DNA of 64,000 nucleotides from a virus, in the IMG/VR virus record IMGVR_UViG_3300033149_006357, positions 13,080 through 77,079 of that record; one strand, given 5' to 3'. Under the pieces are notes generated by a model. It saw nothing but the letters and a program-made list of their open reading frames with translations. It did no database searches and was not told the DNA's origin. Positions 36,820 through 46,399 of the stretch are shown here, in pieces (the stretch's first letter is position 1; each line of letters opens with the position of its first letter). Position numbers and translations under genes: made by a program.

Positions 36820-37864
36820 AGTACCCTAAACCTCCTAACCTGTAACCGACGACCAGGTTCTCCTCTTCTGCATCGTAGTCGATCCCGTACTGGCTACAAT
36901 GCTGTCTCAGGCAGAACTCACCCATCGTGGCAAGCTCATCGCCGCCAATGCCCCCGCGATTCTCGAGCTCTATCGATACGCGATCCCCGTCTATCTTGCG
37001 CACAAACTGCGACCCATCCCCAAACACCACACCCCTGTGCCTCATGCGTGGCGGAGTATCCCCGGCCTGGCACACGTATGGTTTCTCGAAATCGGCGAGA
37101 TACAAATCCGTATCCAAAATGTGAGAGGCCAACAGGCTGTATACGCTGCCCGGGGAAAGCAGGGCATCGGGCGCCACAAGAACCCCCTTGTCGCTGTCGA
37201 TGGCGCGAATCTCCCTATTAACAATACACGGAACGTTCGTGAGAAAGTCATACAGCCCGAACCCATGCATTTTGATCCCGCGATCACCCAGACCCTCTCC
37301 GTGATCTGCGACTATGATTATCAGCGTGTTCTCCAGATCGATAGTCCACAAGAAATCCTGCATGGCAGAATCCACATATGCGGCCGCAGTGTCATACGAC
37401 CCGCCAGTATATTCTGTATGCATATCGTCCGTATGAACAACCACAAACCACGGGGCACCAGAGAACTTATTGATGATGTTTCCGGCAGCCCCGAATATGT
37501 CCATCCCAAGCCAACCCCTGCAATCGACATATACGTCCACGCCTCTCCTGTACCACCTGCTCAGGTTGGATACAAACCCAGTCCTGTACCCGGCAGTCTT
37601 CGCAAGCTGCGACAGCATTTCCACACCATCCGGAATTCTATAATCTCGAATTTCATACATCATAGAATACAAACCCAATTCATCCGGATGGCATCCACTC
37701 AGCATGTGCGTCATCGCAGGGTCCGTGCAATGGCTGGTCGACCAGTAATTCGTGAACAGTGTGCCGTAATCCTCCGCAAAAGAGCACAAGAACGGCATCT
37801 TGCTCGGTCGAACGCGATCCAGCCGCAAACAATCAACTACAATCAAAAGGGCAGAGCTAAGCAT
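36812..37864 (-). CDS. sulfatase-like / alkaline phosphatase superfamily enzyme
   Basis: IVVDCLRLD, CTDPA..MLSG, DMH, ADHGE, HG..LY....VP and RL..LGY motifs. Confidence 0.85.
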   Translation of the reverse strand: MLSSALLIVVDCLRLDRVRPSKMPFLCSFAEDYGTLFTNYWSTSHCTDPAMTHMLSGCHPDELGLYSMMYEIRDYRIPDGVEMLSQLAKTAGYRTGFVSNLSRWYRRGVDVYVDCRGWLGMDIFGAAGNIINKFSGAPWFVVVHTDDMHTEYTGGSYDTAAAYVDSAMQDFLWTIDLENTLIIIVADHGEGLGDRGIKMHGFGLYDFLTNVPCIVNREIRAIDSDKGVLVAPDALLSPGSVYSLLASHILDTDLYLADFEKPYVCQAGDTPPRMRHRGVVFGDGSQFVRKIDGDRVSIELENRGGIGGDELATMGEFCLRQHCSQYGIDYDAEEENLVVGYRLGGLGYFG

Positions 37865-37865
37865 T

Positions 37866-38432
37866 TCATTTCCTTTCTAACAGAAATCTCCATTCCCCAC
37901 CATGCTGTGGCCACGGCGGGGGATTGTTATAATCCACATCCTCATACTTTACGATTTTCAAATCGCAAAACAAAAAGTACCTCACCCAGGTCTGTCTGGG
38001 CAAGATACTCAAATGTGTCGATTCCGAGTACGCGCCTTTCTCAAGTCTCGGCACAACGACGATGCAATACCGCGCCATCTTCCTCCATGCATCCAGCGCC
38101 ACAACTGGAAACGGGGAATGCTCAAGCACGTGTCTCGCAAAAACAAGACCGAAATCACCGAATGCCTCGTGCATATCCATACAAACCACGTTCAGTCCGG
38201 CGGCAGACGCGTTTTCAAAATCTTTCCCAATTGCAGTGCCGGTCCACTCATACCCAAGCACCTCGAATATCGGCTTGCAAAAACCAGACCCACATCCAAC
38301 GTCCAGAACGGTCCGGCAGTCCAGATCTGGACACCACTTTTCTATCACGTCCCTTGCTAACCGTGTATGATTTGGATCTTGCGGCTGTGGTTTCGCAAAC
38401 CCGATCTGCTTATCAACGAGATGACTCAACAT
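37866..38432 (-). CDS. class I SAM-dependent methyltransferase
   Basis: VLDVGCGSG, DMH and HVLEH motifs. Confidence 0.88.
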   Translation of the reverse strand: MLSHLVDKQIGFAKPQPQDPNHTRLARDVIEKWCPDLDCRTVLDVGCGSGFCKPIFEVLGYEWTGTAIGKDFENASAAGLNVVCMDMHEAFGDFGLVFARHVLEHSPFPVVALDAWRKMARYCIVVVPRLEKGAYSESTHLSILPRQTWVRYFLFCDLKIVKYEDVDYNNPPPWPQHGGEWRFLLERK

Positions 38433-38982
38433 TTTTGACGAGCCTTACACTGATGTCCAACCCGCGCCTGACTACCATGTTATCCAGAACAAAACGCGTT
38501 CTGATACCATAGTCAGAGAACCTGTCAACAAATGGCTCCCCACCTCTCAGGCAGAAATAATCAAAGCTTTTCTCCGAAAACCAATTTCTGTGTGTCGGGT
38601 CGCCAAATGCCCACGGACTCAAAAAATGCGGCACGCAATGCTCCGCTGCACCACCATTTTTCAGAACCCGCCACGTCTCATTCATAAAGTAGATGAAAGA
38701 ATCCCTGGAAATGTGCTCAAGAAACTGGTTCGACTTGATCAAATCCACAGACTCGTCCGGCAACGGAATCCCGAACTCCAGATCGTAATAGATGTCGCAG
38801 TGATAATCCGCCGATGGATCCAGCCCGATCCAAATCTCGCTTTCATGTCCCGTACTTTTCCTGCCCGGGCCTAGCTCAACTACAATCCTATCGAGGCGCT
38901 TCCTCGCAACGATATCGTCAAATACTCGTTTCAGCGGAAGCTCGCAAGCCACGACATTTGGCAAATTATATGGATAACTCAC
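38413..38982 (-). CDS. class I SAM-dependent methyltransferase
   Basis: VELGPG, FLEH, RVLKNGG, VP and DPTH motifs. Confidence 0.88.
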   Translation of the reverse strand: MSYPYNLPNVVACELPLKRVFDDIVARKRLDRIVVELGPGRKSTGHESEIWIGLDPSADYHCDIYYDLEFGIPLPDESVDLIKSNQFLEHISRDSFIYFMNETWRVLKNGGAAEHCVPHFLSPWAFGDPTHRNWFSEKSFDYFCLRGGEPFVDRFSDYGIRTRFVLDNMVVRRGLDISVRLVKNVESSR

Positions 38983-39302
38983 ATCAATCTCCTTGCCCTC
39001 AAAAACAAAAAGCGGTTCGTGCCAACGATAGCCCCCTCACCAAGAGACACATCCACCTTCACCGGGATAAAGTACACAAATGGATACTCCCTCAGCCTCA
39101 ACAGGCTTGGCACGCCGCCCCCTCTGGATAAATGGTACTTGACTACCCGCTCCAATACCCTGTGCATATTCTTATCTGTAACAAAGTTGGCCCCAAATGC
39201 GCCCTCCAGCGACTCCTTCTCAATCCTATCCACAGGTATGCCACACACATTCACATAATTATCCCTGATCCCGCTCGCTATTCTCATTTTCCTCTTCCTC
39301 AT
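38979..39302 (-). CDS. hypothetical protein
   Basis: Coupled ORF. Confidence 0.5.
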   Translation of the reverse strand: MRKRKMRIASGIRDNYVNVCGIPVDRIEKESLEGAFGANFVTDKNMHRVLERVVKYHLSRGGGVPSLLRLREYPFVYFIPVKVDVSLGEGAIVGTNRFLFLRARRLM

Positions 39303-41277
39303 CGCTAAACGGATCGAAATCGATTCCGTAGATCATCGACCACTTTGCGCGCTCACTCTCCTTCCATGCCTGAATGTACTCGTCATCCTCCTCCAGGCTT
39401 TTCGGTGTGCCTTTAAGCATCCACTCAGTGTACCTTGAATTCCTGGACATTTTCATCGGCGGAAACTCGATGCTTTTCCCATCGTTGCTCGCGTGAACCA
39501 TGTTGACCCATTTCCACGCCTTTTCGACATCGCCGTTGGATGCAACATACGCAAGGTACGACACATAGTTTACATATGGTCTGTACGACATATATTTGGC
39601 GGACCCAACCATATATGCCGAAAGCATATCCGTCATCGCCTCCTCGTATTTAAGGATGTTTTTGTCCTTCGTCAAAAACTTTGCGCCTCCTTTTCTCGCC
39701 CTTGAATGAATGATCTCATGTGTTATGACATAACGCGCAAATTCCTTGTTCTTGGACATCATCTTCCTGCCACGTTCTGTAAAAAATACCTTGCCCTCCT
39801 CCGGGCTCCAGAACCCAAGCGACTTGTCTATCCCTGGATAATTTTTATACACAGAATCCTCCGCTTTGCCAAATCCAACCTTGTTGATCCCGGAAATCCT
39901 TGACGAGACGCCAGACAGCGTATCATTAAACAGCCCAGAATCGACAGCGTATTCTTTGCTTGTGAACTTTCCCGCCTTATCATGGTACGGATTCGCAAGC
40001 TCCACTTCCTCGAGCGATTTGGCTTTGGCCATCTGCTCTACAAATGACAAGTCCGTATCGCCAAAGCCAGCCAGATCCTTTACGGTATCTTTTATCGCAT
40101 TGATGATCGCCTTTTTCACGCTGACGGACACAGCCGTCAGGCCAGCCGCATGCACGGTATCGATAATAAAACGCCTCGACCTTACATCGCCGCGTTCTAT
40201 TGTTCTCATCCCTGTGAGATCCGAGTAGCCGCCATGCGCGCCGCCGATCAGATCTGAAATGCGACCGGCGTTCCACCTGACATACGCATACACACCGATC
40301 GGCGAGATTCGCTTTCCGGTCTTCGCCGACAAATCGCGCGCGATCTCTGCCCACGAGGATCCATTCAAATGCTTTTCATCGGCCCACGCATTTGCCTTTC
40401 GCCTGTTACCATCGCCCATGTACAGCGCTATTCTAGACACTGCATCAGACTGCTTTATATTCGCGGGATGCCGCGGGATCTTCATCTTCGACCCAATCAG
40501 CGACTCCGAAAGACCGTTTTCGAGACCGCTCCCGAATATTCTCGATAGGAACCCCTGTTTTCTAGCTCTCGGCCTGCCACGTACCATTCCATACGCTATA
40601 GTGCGCTTCACAAAGTCATCCTCTCTTTTTGTCCTGCGCTCCCTACGCAACAATCCGGCAACATATGGGTTCAAATGTATTCTCCTGGCACCAGGCTCAC
40701 GAACAAACACGGCAGAGGACGAGAAACGGCGCTTGATACCAGATGCCAGCATGTAACTTGTTAAACTCTTATGGACCCTGACAACCGCATTCGGATTTCT
40801 AAGACCTTTTGGAACCCTCTTTGTCACATCCCTGATTACGCTTGCCGCACGACGGCGATCCTCTTTCGTATACCCCACCTCTCCAAGCGCACCCTCTCCA
40901 AGCACAACTGCGGCAGATGCAAGAAACTTTTTACTCTTTAACAGCTTTGCCGATTCCATACCAAGGTGTGTACCAAACGTTTTCCCAATAATGGTCACCG
41001 CATGCTTGATATCTGTAAACCTGCCAGCTATGTCATGGTAAGGATTTGCAAGATCGATAGACATTTCCACGTTGAGATTGACAGGCCCAGACGCGGCGGC
41101 GACCGTGGAATACGACATCAAAATCTCACGGACATCCTGCTCATCGAGGCCATACTTTGGAGCCATCTCAAACATTTTCTTGGCAAGACCCTCGATCACG
41201 GTCTCATCTTCTGCGCCCCTGATCACATCTGCCAAGACGCCATCATCGTATTCAAGCGTTCTATTGGAGCCTGCCAT
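39259..41277 (-). CDS. protein with two LANPYHDxxG[RK]FT motifs, one degenerate and one intact zincin domain
   Basis: DLANPYHDIAGRFT...AYGMVR...ENG and ELANPYHDKAGKFT...THEIIH...EEA; paralogous to 41337..42566. Confidence 0.7.
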   Translation of the reverse strand: MAGSNRTLEYDDGVLADVIRGAEDETVIEGLAKKMFEMAPKYGLDEQDVREILMSYSTVAAASGPVNLNVEMSIDLANPYHDIAGRFTDIKHAVTIIGKTFGTHLGMESAKLLKSKKFLASAAVVLGEGALGEVGYTKEDRRRAASVIRDVTKRVPKGLRNPNAVVRVHKSLTSYMLASGIKRRFSSSAVFVREPGARRIHLNPYVAGLLRRERRTKREDDFVKRTIAYGMVRGRPRARKQGFLSRIFGSGLENGLSESLIGSKMKIPRHPANIKQSDAVSRIALYMGDGNRRKANAWADEKHLNGSSWAEIARDLSAKTGKRISPIGVYAYVRWNAGRISDLIGGAHGGYSDLTGMRTIERGDVRSRRFIIDTVHAAGLTAVSVSVKKAIINAIKDTVKDLAGFGDTDLSFVEQMAKAKSLEEVELANPYHDKAGKFTSKEYAVDSGLFNDTLSGVSSRISGINKVGFGKAEDSVYKNYPGIDKSLGFWSPEEGKVFFTERGRKMMSKNKEFARYVITHEIIHSRARKGGAKFLTKDKNILKYEEAMTDMLSAYMVGSAKYMSYRPYVNYVSYLAYVASNGDVEKAWKWVNMVHASNDGKSIEFPPMKMSRNSRYTEWMLKGTPKSLEEDDEYIQAWKESERAKWSMIYGIDFDPFSDEEEENENSERDQG

Positions 41278-41336
41278 AAAAAACCCCGCAAATCAGATTA
41301 GCCCGGCCCGAAACCATTCCTCTGTATAATCGGATA

Positions 41337-42566
41337 TCACCCGCGTATCGCATCCGTGGCATCCGACACGCCATCAGACCCGCCCATCCCTATCTCCTGC
41401 GCGGTGGCCAGCACCGCACTTATCAGCGCCCGCTTCGCTCTTGCGGCAACGTACACAGACGGTATGCCAGATGCGGCATATGCCCAAAAACGCCCCATGT
41501 TTATCTTGCCCTTTTCCCTTGGAATACCGGTAAGTTTGTTATAGCCGCCATCTGGGCTCCCGATAAGCTTGGCGAGCTTGCCGCGGCCATTTTTAACATA
41601 AGCGAAAACATGAAACGGCGAAACGTTCGTGCCAAGAGCGGCCGATAGATCCCTGGACACATCCATCCACCTGGACCCGGCAAGATGTTTGTCCTCGATC
41701 CATTTCATCGCCTTTGTCCTACTTCCGCCAACCTTGAGCGCCATCGTCGATACGGCATCTGAATACGCCTTGTAACCAGGAGACCCCCAGCGCGTGTATT
41801 TCGACGATATGGTATCTGTAAACCCTTCTTCGATCGACATACCAAGTACATACGAAAGCGCCCCCCTGCGCTTCGTGCGCCTTCTGGTGTGAACCAACTC
41901 ATGGGCAACTGTGTGCTCGGCCCTCCTGCGCTCCAAATTGGTTTTGTCCTTCTTTCCAAGCAAATGCGAGATAAACGGGCTGATGTGCGCGTTGCGGTTT
42001 CCAAGCCTGGTCACAAAACCAAACGACAATATAGAAGTTGGGGACCCCCTCCCCGACACGACATACGACAGCTCGCCAGGATGGGTACGAACAACGGCTC
42101 TTGGATGCCTAAGACGCCCTGGAATCTTTTTGTAAACACCCTGCACCGACCTCTTTCGCTCCGCGCTGCTGCCAACCGATTGCACATTGCCGGCGACCTG
42201 CAAACCGAGCGCAGAATATAGAGCAGCGCGAAACATCTTGCTTTTCATCAGTTCCGCAGATTCTCTAATCATATTCTTGCCGAATGACACCCCGATGGCC
42301 ACAACAGCATTTTTTGCATTAGTAAACCTTCCAAGCTCATCATGATATGGGTTTGCGAGCTTCCTCGTTTGATCCGCATGCACGATATGGCCATCCATAT
42401 ACGCTTCTTCTGCGGCAATAGAAAGCTGGAAAAGCGCCTCCGATCTGGTAATGCCAGCTTTCTCTGTGGCCTCCATTGCTTTCAAAAAGAAATTGTATAC
42501 ATCTCTTGGGCTTTTCGTTCCCCTAAGAAAAAGCACAACGTCTTCTCTACTCATCTTTCCCTCCAA
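41337..42566 (-). CDS. protein with a LANPYHDELGRFT motif and an HExxH metallopeptidase domain
   Basis: AHELVH...IEEG gluzincin-like pattern; immediately downstream of the portal. Confidence 0.7.
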   Translation of the reverse strand: MEGKMSREDVVLFLRGTKSPRDVYNFFLKAMEATEKAGITRSEALFQLSIAAEEAYMDGHIVHADQTRKLANPYHDELGRFTNAKNAVVAIGVSFGKNMIRESAELMKSKMFRAALYSALGLQVAGNVQSVGSSAERKRSVQGVYKKIPGRLRHPRAVVRTHPGELSYVVSGRGSPTSILSFGFVTRLGNRNAHISPFISHLLGKKDKTNLERRRAEHTVAHELVHTRRRTKRRGALSYVLGMSIEEGFTDTISSKYTRWGSPGYKAYSDAVSTMALKVGGSRTKAMKWIEDKHLAGSRWMDVSRDLSAALGTNVSPFHVFAYVKNGRGKLAKLIGSPDGGYNKLTGIPREKGKINMGRFWAYAASGIPSVYVAARAKRALISAVLATAQEIGMGGSDGVSDATDAIRG

Positions 42567-44247
42567 AATCTATGTAAAACCTTTTTTGGTATGATATCCT
42601 TTCTGCCATTTCTGGACTAAGCACGATCGGAACTCTCGCGCCGGCCGCTATTTTCGATGTAATCGACTCAACTACGCCCTTATCCGACGGCGGCCCAGCA
42701 AACTCCGAGATATCCTCTGGCGATGGCTCATCGAAGCCCTCTTCCTCAGGAGAAAAATCCTCTGCCGCGTCAAGCAGCTCATCCTCTTCGCTGGTATCTT
42801 TGACTGGAATGTTGCTGACGCGGTACACCTCTTTCCAATCGATCTTTGTAAGAGCGCTGGATTTCGGATCGTTCCCGGCAATAGAGATCAGCTTGAACAT
42901 CCGCTCCTTCTCGTATGGATCGTACCCCTCCGTGGAGATAATCGCGGGTGGCGCGTTGTTGCCAAAGTTGTATTGCACCAACTGCGGCACAACGTACCGA
43001 TTGATCTGCGTCAGTAAAGAGGCCAGTATATGCTCGTTGTGCAACATCGTAACCGCAAGATGTGTGCGTGCGCTCGCATATCCGCCGACAGCGCTCTGCT
43101 CAATAGACTGATCCCCGATCACAAGAGACCGGACGATAAGCGTCCCGAGTGTCTCGATAGCATCCACAAACTGCGCCGCCCGTTTATCATCCGACAAATA
43201 CTCAAGCCGCCATGCTTCTTTCCCGCTATCCGGATCCGTATCGCTTGGCAATGCAATGGCGTTTGACTTTGCGACGTTCGTAGCAACAAGAAATGCGTAT
43301 TTCATCGTTCCCATCGCCGTGCCATCCGGCTGCAATATCTGCCCTCTGGATGGTGCGTAGCACACTGTCACCGGAGTGCCAGTACGCTCCAGATATCTCA
43401 CAAACGCGCGAAGTGCAATATCATACCACACCCAGTACGGGTATACAGGCTGTAACGCGCTCTTGCCCCAGATGTTGCGAAACTTTTTATCGTGCGTCAA
43501 AATAAGGGCGACATCTCTCGGAACTCTGATCTCGTCTTTTCCCGTAACCTTCTGCACATACCCGTTGAACTCGCCACGGCTTGTGTATAAAACCCGATCG
43601 ATGGTGCGCGGGTTGACGGGCTTGATGCTGCGATACCCTATATATGTTTTTCTTCCGTCGATCCCCCAAAAACGCGCGGGCTGCCTGTCGAACTCCTTTT
43701 CGCCAAAATACGCCCCATAAGCGAGACACTCCATGAAATCATTAGCATGCTGCCGAAACACCCTGCCAACCAATGCTTGAATCGCAACCTTGATCTTCTC
43801 GTCCCGACAATCGACATACCACGACAATGGATCCCTGAGTGCCGATCGGATCCATGCCTTCTTCATCTCCAGCGCAAAAACAACCTGCCCGCTCTTCAGC
43901 ATATCATCGATGCGGTCGAACGACAGCGCATCCTCTGGACGATACACGCCACCGCTGCCGAAAATAACGCCAAACATATCCTCCTGATCGTCCCCGACTG
44001 TGAGGTTCGACATCATCTTCGGAGCCTTCATCTCTGCCTCGAGCTCCTCCAAAATCGGGATGGCCGCATCACCAACGAGGGACACAAGCTGCCTTGCGAT
44101 AGGCTTCGGGACAGAAGAGGCTTTGGATAGTATGCGACGCTCTTCTTTCAATCTCTTCCTGTCCAGGGCCGCACATCTTCTCGAACAATAATATTTACCG
44201 CTGCGCACCTTATTATCGCAACCAGGACGAGAACAAATCTCAGACAT
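42547..44247 (-). CDS. portal protein (Mu gp29/DUF935-like)
   Basis: L.YG....E, WG.S.L..VY..W, F...LER.G.P and L..NFG motifs; follows TerL. Confidence 0.88.
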   Translation of the reverse strand: MSEICSRPGCDNKVRSGKYYCSRRCAALDRKRLKEERRILSKASSVPKPIARQLVSLVGDAAIPILEELEAEMKAPKMMSNLTVGDDQEDMFGVIFGSGGVYRPEDALSFDRIDDMLKSGQVVFALEMKKAWIRSALRDPLSWYVDCRDEKIKVAIQALVGRVFRQHANDFMECLAYGAYFGEKEFDRQPARFWGIDGRKTYIGYRSIKPVNPRTIDRVLYTSRGEFNGYVQKVTGKDEIRVPRDVALILTHDKKFRNIWGKSALQPVYPYWVWYDIALRAFVRYLERTGTPVTVCYAPSRGQILQPDGTAMGTMKYAFLVATNVAKSNAIALPSDTDPDSGKEAWRLEYLSDDKRAAQFVDAIETLGTLIVRSLVIGDQSIEQSAVGGYASARTHLAVTMLHNEHILASLLTQINRYVVPQLVQYNFGNNAPPAIISTEGYDPYEKERMFKLISIAGNDPKSSALTKIDWKEVYRVSNIPVKDTSEEDELLDAAEDFSPEEEGFDEPSPEDISEFAGPPSDKGVVESITSKIAAGARVPIVLSPEMAERISYQKRFYIDFGGKDE

Positions 44248-45841
44248 CTACCAAATCGACCTCCCTGGTATTCTCCGGCGGTACAAGATCCTCATAAGTG
44301 TTGCCGGTATCTCTCATACGCACAAACTCGCTCATACTGATACCATCATCAACTACGGCGTCCACTGCGCGGCGACCGGAAAACGAGTTCGTATCCAGTT
44401 CCAACACGAACCCGCCATTCTTGTGAAGCTCCGAATACGCAAGCGCAAACGCGATCACTGGATCGTCATAGTATCCACCGGCGGCCTCTGCCTTTCCATC
44501 TCCAATATCCTGAAATGCGACAAAGCAGGAATATGTGAACGGATCGCGGATAACTACCTGTTTCCCAGCGATAGCCGTACGCAAGAGGTTAAGCATGCGC
44601 ATCTTCGATGTTCTGCCCCTCGCGCCAGCCTTCGTGCGTCGACCAATAACATACGAATCTGGATCCGCAAGTCGCATCGAATGCCTGAAATACACCATAT
44701 CGCCAGCACCAAACCTCTCTATGACCATCGCCCCTGGGTACTTTCTGTGATGCTTCGAGACAACGCCATCTACGTTCACGAGCTTCCCGTCATCCATCGC
44801 CATGGTATACCCGGCGACCTGCTCGACAGGCGTGCTGTTGGAATGCCAGCTCGCTATCTCTACCCCATATTCGTTCAGCGTAATGATCGAGGTGTAATCG
44901 CCGCCGCCGCCCTCTGCGACATCCACGCCCGTGTAACTCATCTTCGTCGGCCGATCTATGCGCGTGCCCCCAAGCCACAACTCAGGATGCTTTTCCTTTG
45001 GCTTATAGCAATCGGCAAGAGCTTCCTGGTCGAAGAATGGAGAGCCGGATGCAACGAATTCCAGCTCGAACTCCTGCGCGATCTGGTATGGCGTAAGCCC
45101 GCTGGTCGCAGTCTTGTACCACTCCTCCGAAAGGCCGCAATCTTTCCAGTAGGCCCGAATCGGATGGAAATGATCGTCGATCCCGTGTATCGCCGCCTGC
45201 CAGATCCTGAAGAAAAAGTTTGATGTGCCGTTCGGCGTACTAATGATCAACATCTGCCCTCCATGTGACGCCGCGGGCCGGATAGCCTCCCACGTCTCCT
45301 CGCTATTCGGCAAGTGCGCCGCCTCGTCCAACACAACAAGCGTCGCGCTGTAACTCGCGCCGCTTCTTCCCGTCGTCGTAAGAGAGTCAATCGAACTCTC
45401 TTTAACGATGATGGTATTTCCGTCCACCTTCCTGAAAATGACGCTGAAACGCGTCTGGGAGTTGGTCCCGATATCCGGCCTTAGAAATGACGGAAGGTGG
45501 TTATACATAAACTTTACATAGCCAAGCAGCCGGATCGCCTTTTTCTCTTTCTCGGAAAGGAAAAGAACCTCAACGTCCGGATGGAACAATATCTTCCACA
45601 AGCAGTATCCGGCGGCGGCCCAGCTACACCCTATCTGGCGGGTTTTGTTGACGATGATATCCTCGCCGGCCTGCAGCCTTTCCCACAACTCGATCTGGTA
45701 TGGATATGGCGGGTCTTTCTTCCACGAAATAGCACCGCGAGATGTATGCTTGATCCACCCATAGTTCTCAAGAAAATATCTCGCGCTTTTGGCGCACTTG
45801 ACAAACTCTTCTTTTTGTTTCGCGTTAAGCGGCCTGTTCAT
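44240..45841 (-). CDS. terL: terminase large subunit
   Basis: KTRQIGCS (Walker A), VVLDEAAH (Walker B), ISTPNG, GVDVA and DDPVIA nuclease motifs. Confidence 0.95.
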   Translation of the reverse strand: MNRPLNAKQKEEFVKCAKSARYFLENYGWIKHTSRGAISWKKDPPYPYQIELWERLQAGEDIIVNKTRQIGCSWAAAGYCLWKILFHPDVEVLFLSEKEKKAIRLLGYVKFMYNHLPSFLRPDIGTNSQTRFSVIFRKVDGNTIIVKESSIDSLTTTGRSGASYSATLVVLDEAAHLPNSEETWEAIRPAASHGGQMLIISTPNGTSNFFFRIWQAAIHGIDDHFHPIRAYWKDCGLSEEWYKTATSGLTPYQIAQEFELEFVASGSPFFDQEALADCYKPKEKHPELWLGGTRIDRPTKMSYTGVDVAEGGGGDYTSIITLNEYGVEIASWHSNSTPVEQVAGYTMAMDDGKLVNVDGVVSKHHRKYPGAMVIERFGAGDMVYFRHSMRLADPDSYVIGRRTKAGARGRTSKMRMLNLLRTAIAGKQVVIRDPFTYSCFVAFQDIGDGKAEAAGGYYDDPVIAFALAYSELHKNGGFVLELDTNSFSGRRAVDAVVDDGISMSEFVRMRDTGNTYEDLVPPENTREVDLVDV

Positions 45842-46364
45842 TTTCTTCCAACATAGAGAATATTAGGTTATCCGCATCCGCTACGACCGCCAGCCCATCG
45901 CCAAGATCGGATATCGAGTACTTTGCGAGGCTTATCCACGAACTAACAAGAGATGCATGATCCGGAGACCCGTAGTCATCGAACGAATCTATGATCTCAT
46001 ACAACTTGTCCCTGACCATAGATATCTGGCTGGCATAAAACCCTTTGTATGGATGGCGCAGCGCCTGAATAAGCGTCACCAATATTCTGGCCATATCCCT
46101 GACGACCCTCACACCAAGATCGCCATTGAGCATGGCGAGAATATACTTGTCGATGATGCTCATTATCTGAATCGATGTGCGATCCGCGTTATACGCGGCC
46201 GAGATCCACCCGTCCGCCAGAGACCACGAAATTATCGCGTAACGGCCTATTTCCTCGCCAAGAAGCCGCTCGGTGTAGTCCACAAACTCAGAAGGAGAGA
46301 CCTGCGCGCCGGCATTGACAAGCTCGACATATTTCTCTTTTGCGAGCTCCCTTATCGTATCCAT
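45825..46364 (-). CDS. probable terminase small subunit
   Basis: Directly upstream of terL; helical, W...DGW motif. Confidence 0.5.
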   Translation of the reverse strand: MDTIRELAKEKYVELVNAGAQVSPSEFVDYTERLLGEEIGRYAIISWSLADGWISAAYNADRTSIQIMSIIDKYILAMLNGDLGVRVVRDMARILVTLIQALRHPYKGFYASQISMVRDKLYEIIDSFDDYGSPDHASLVSSWISLAKYSISDLGDGLAVVADADNLIFSMLEENEQAA

Positions 46365-46370
46365 ACCAAA

Positions 46371-46399
46371 ATTGTACCACAGTTTCTAATCATTTTCAA
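46371..46399 (-). promoter_or_regulatory. sigma70 promoter giving a probably leaderless mRNA
   Basis: TTGAAA-17 nt-TACAAT with TG; the -10 ends 6 nt before ATG46364 and there is no SD. Confidence 0.65.

Noticed and set aside
36899-38512. 537-aa + strand ORF
   Set aside because: Antisense to the sulfatase-like and methyltransferase genes, which carry clear motifs; it has none of its own.
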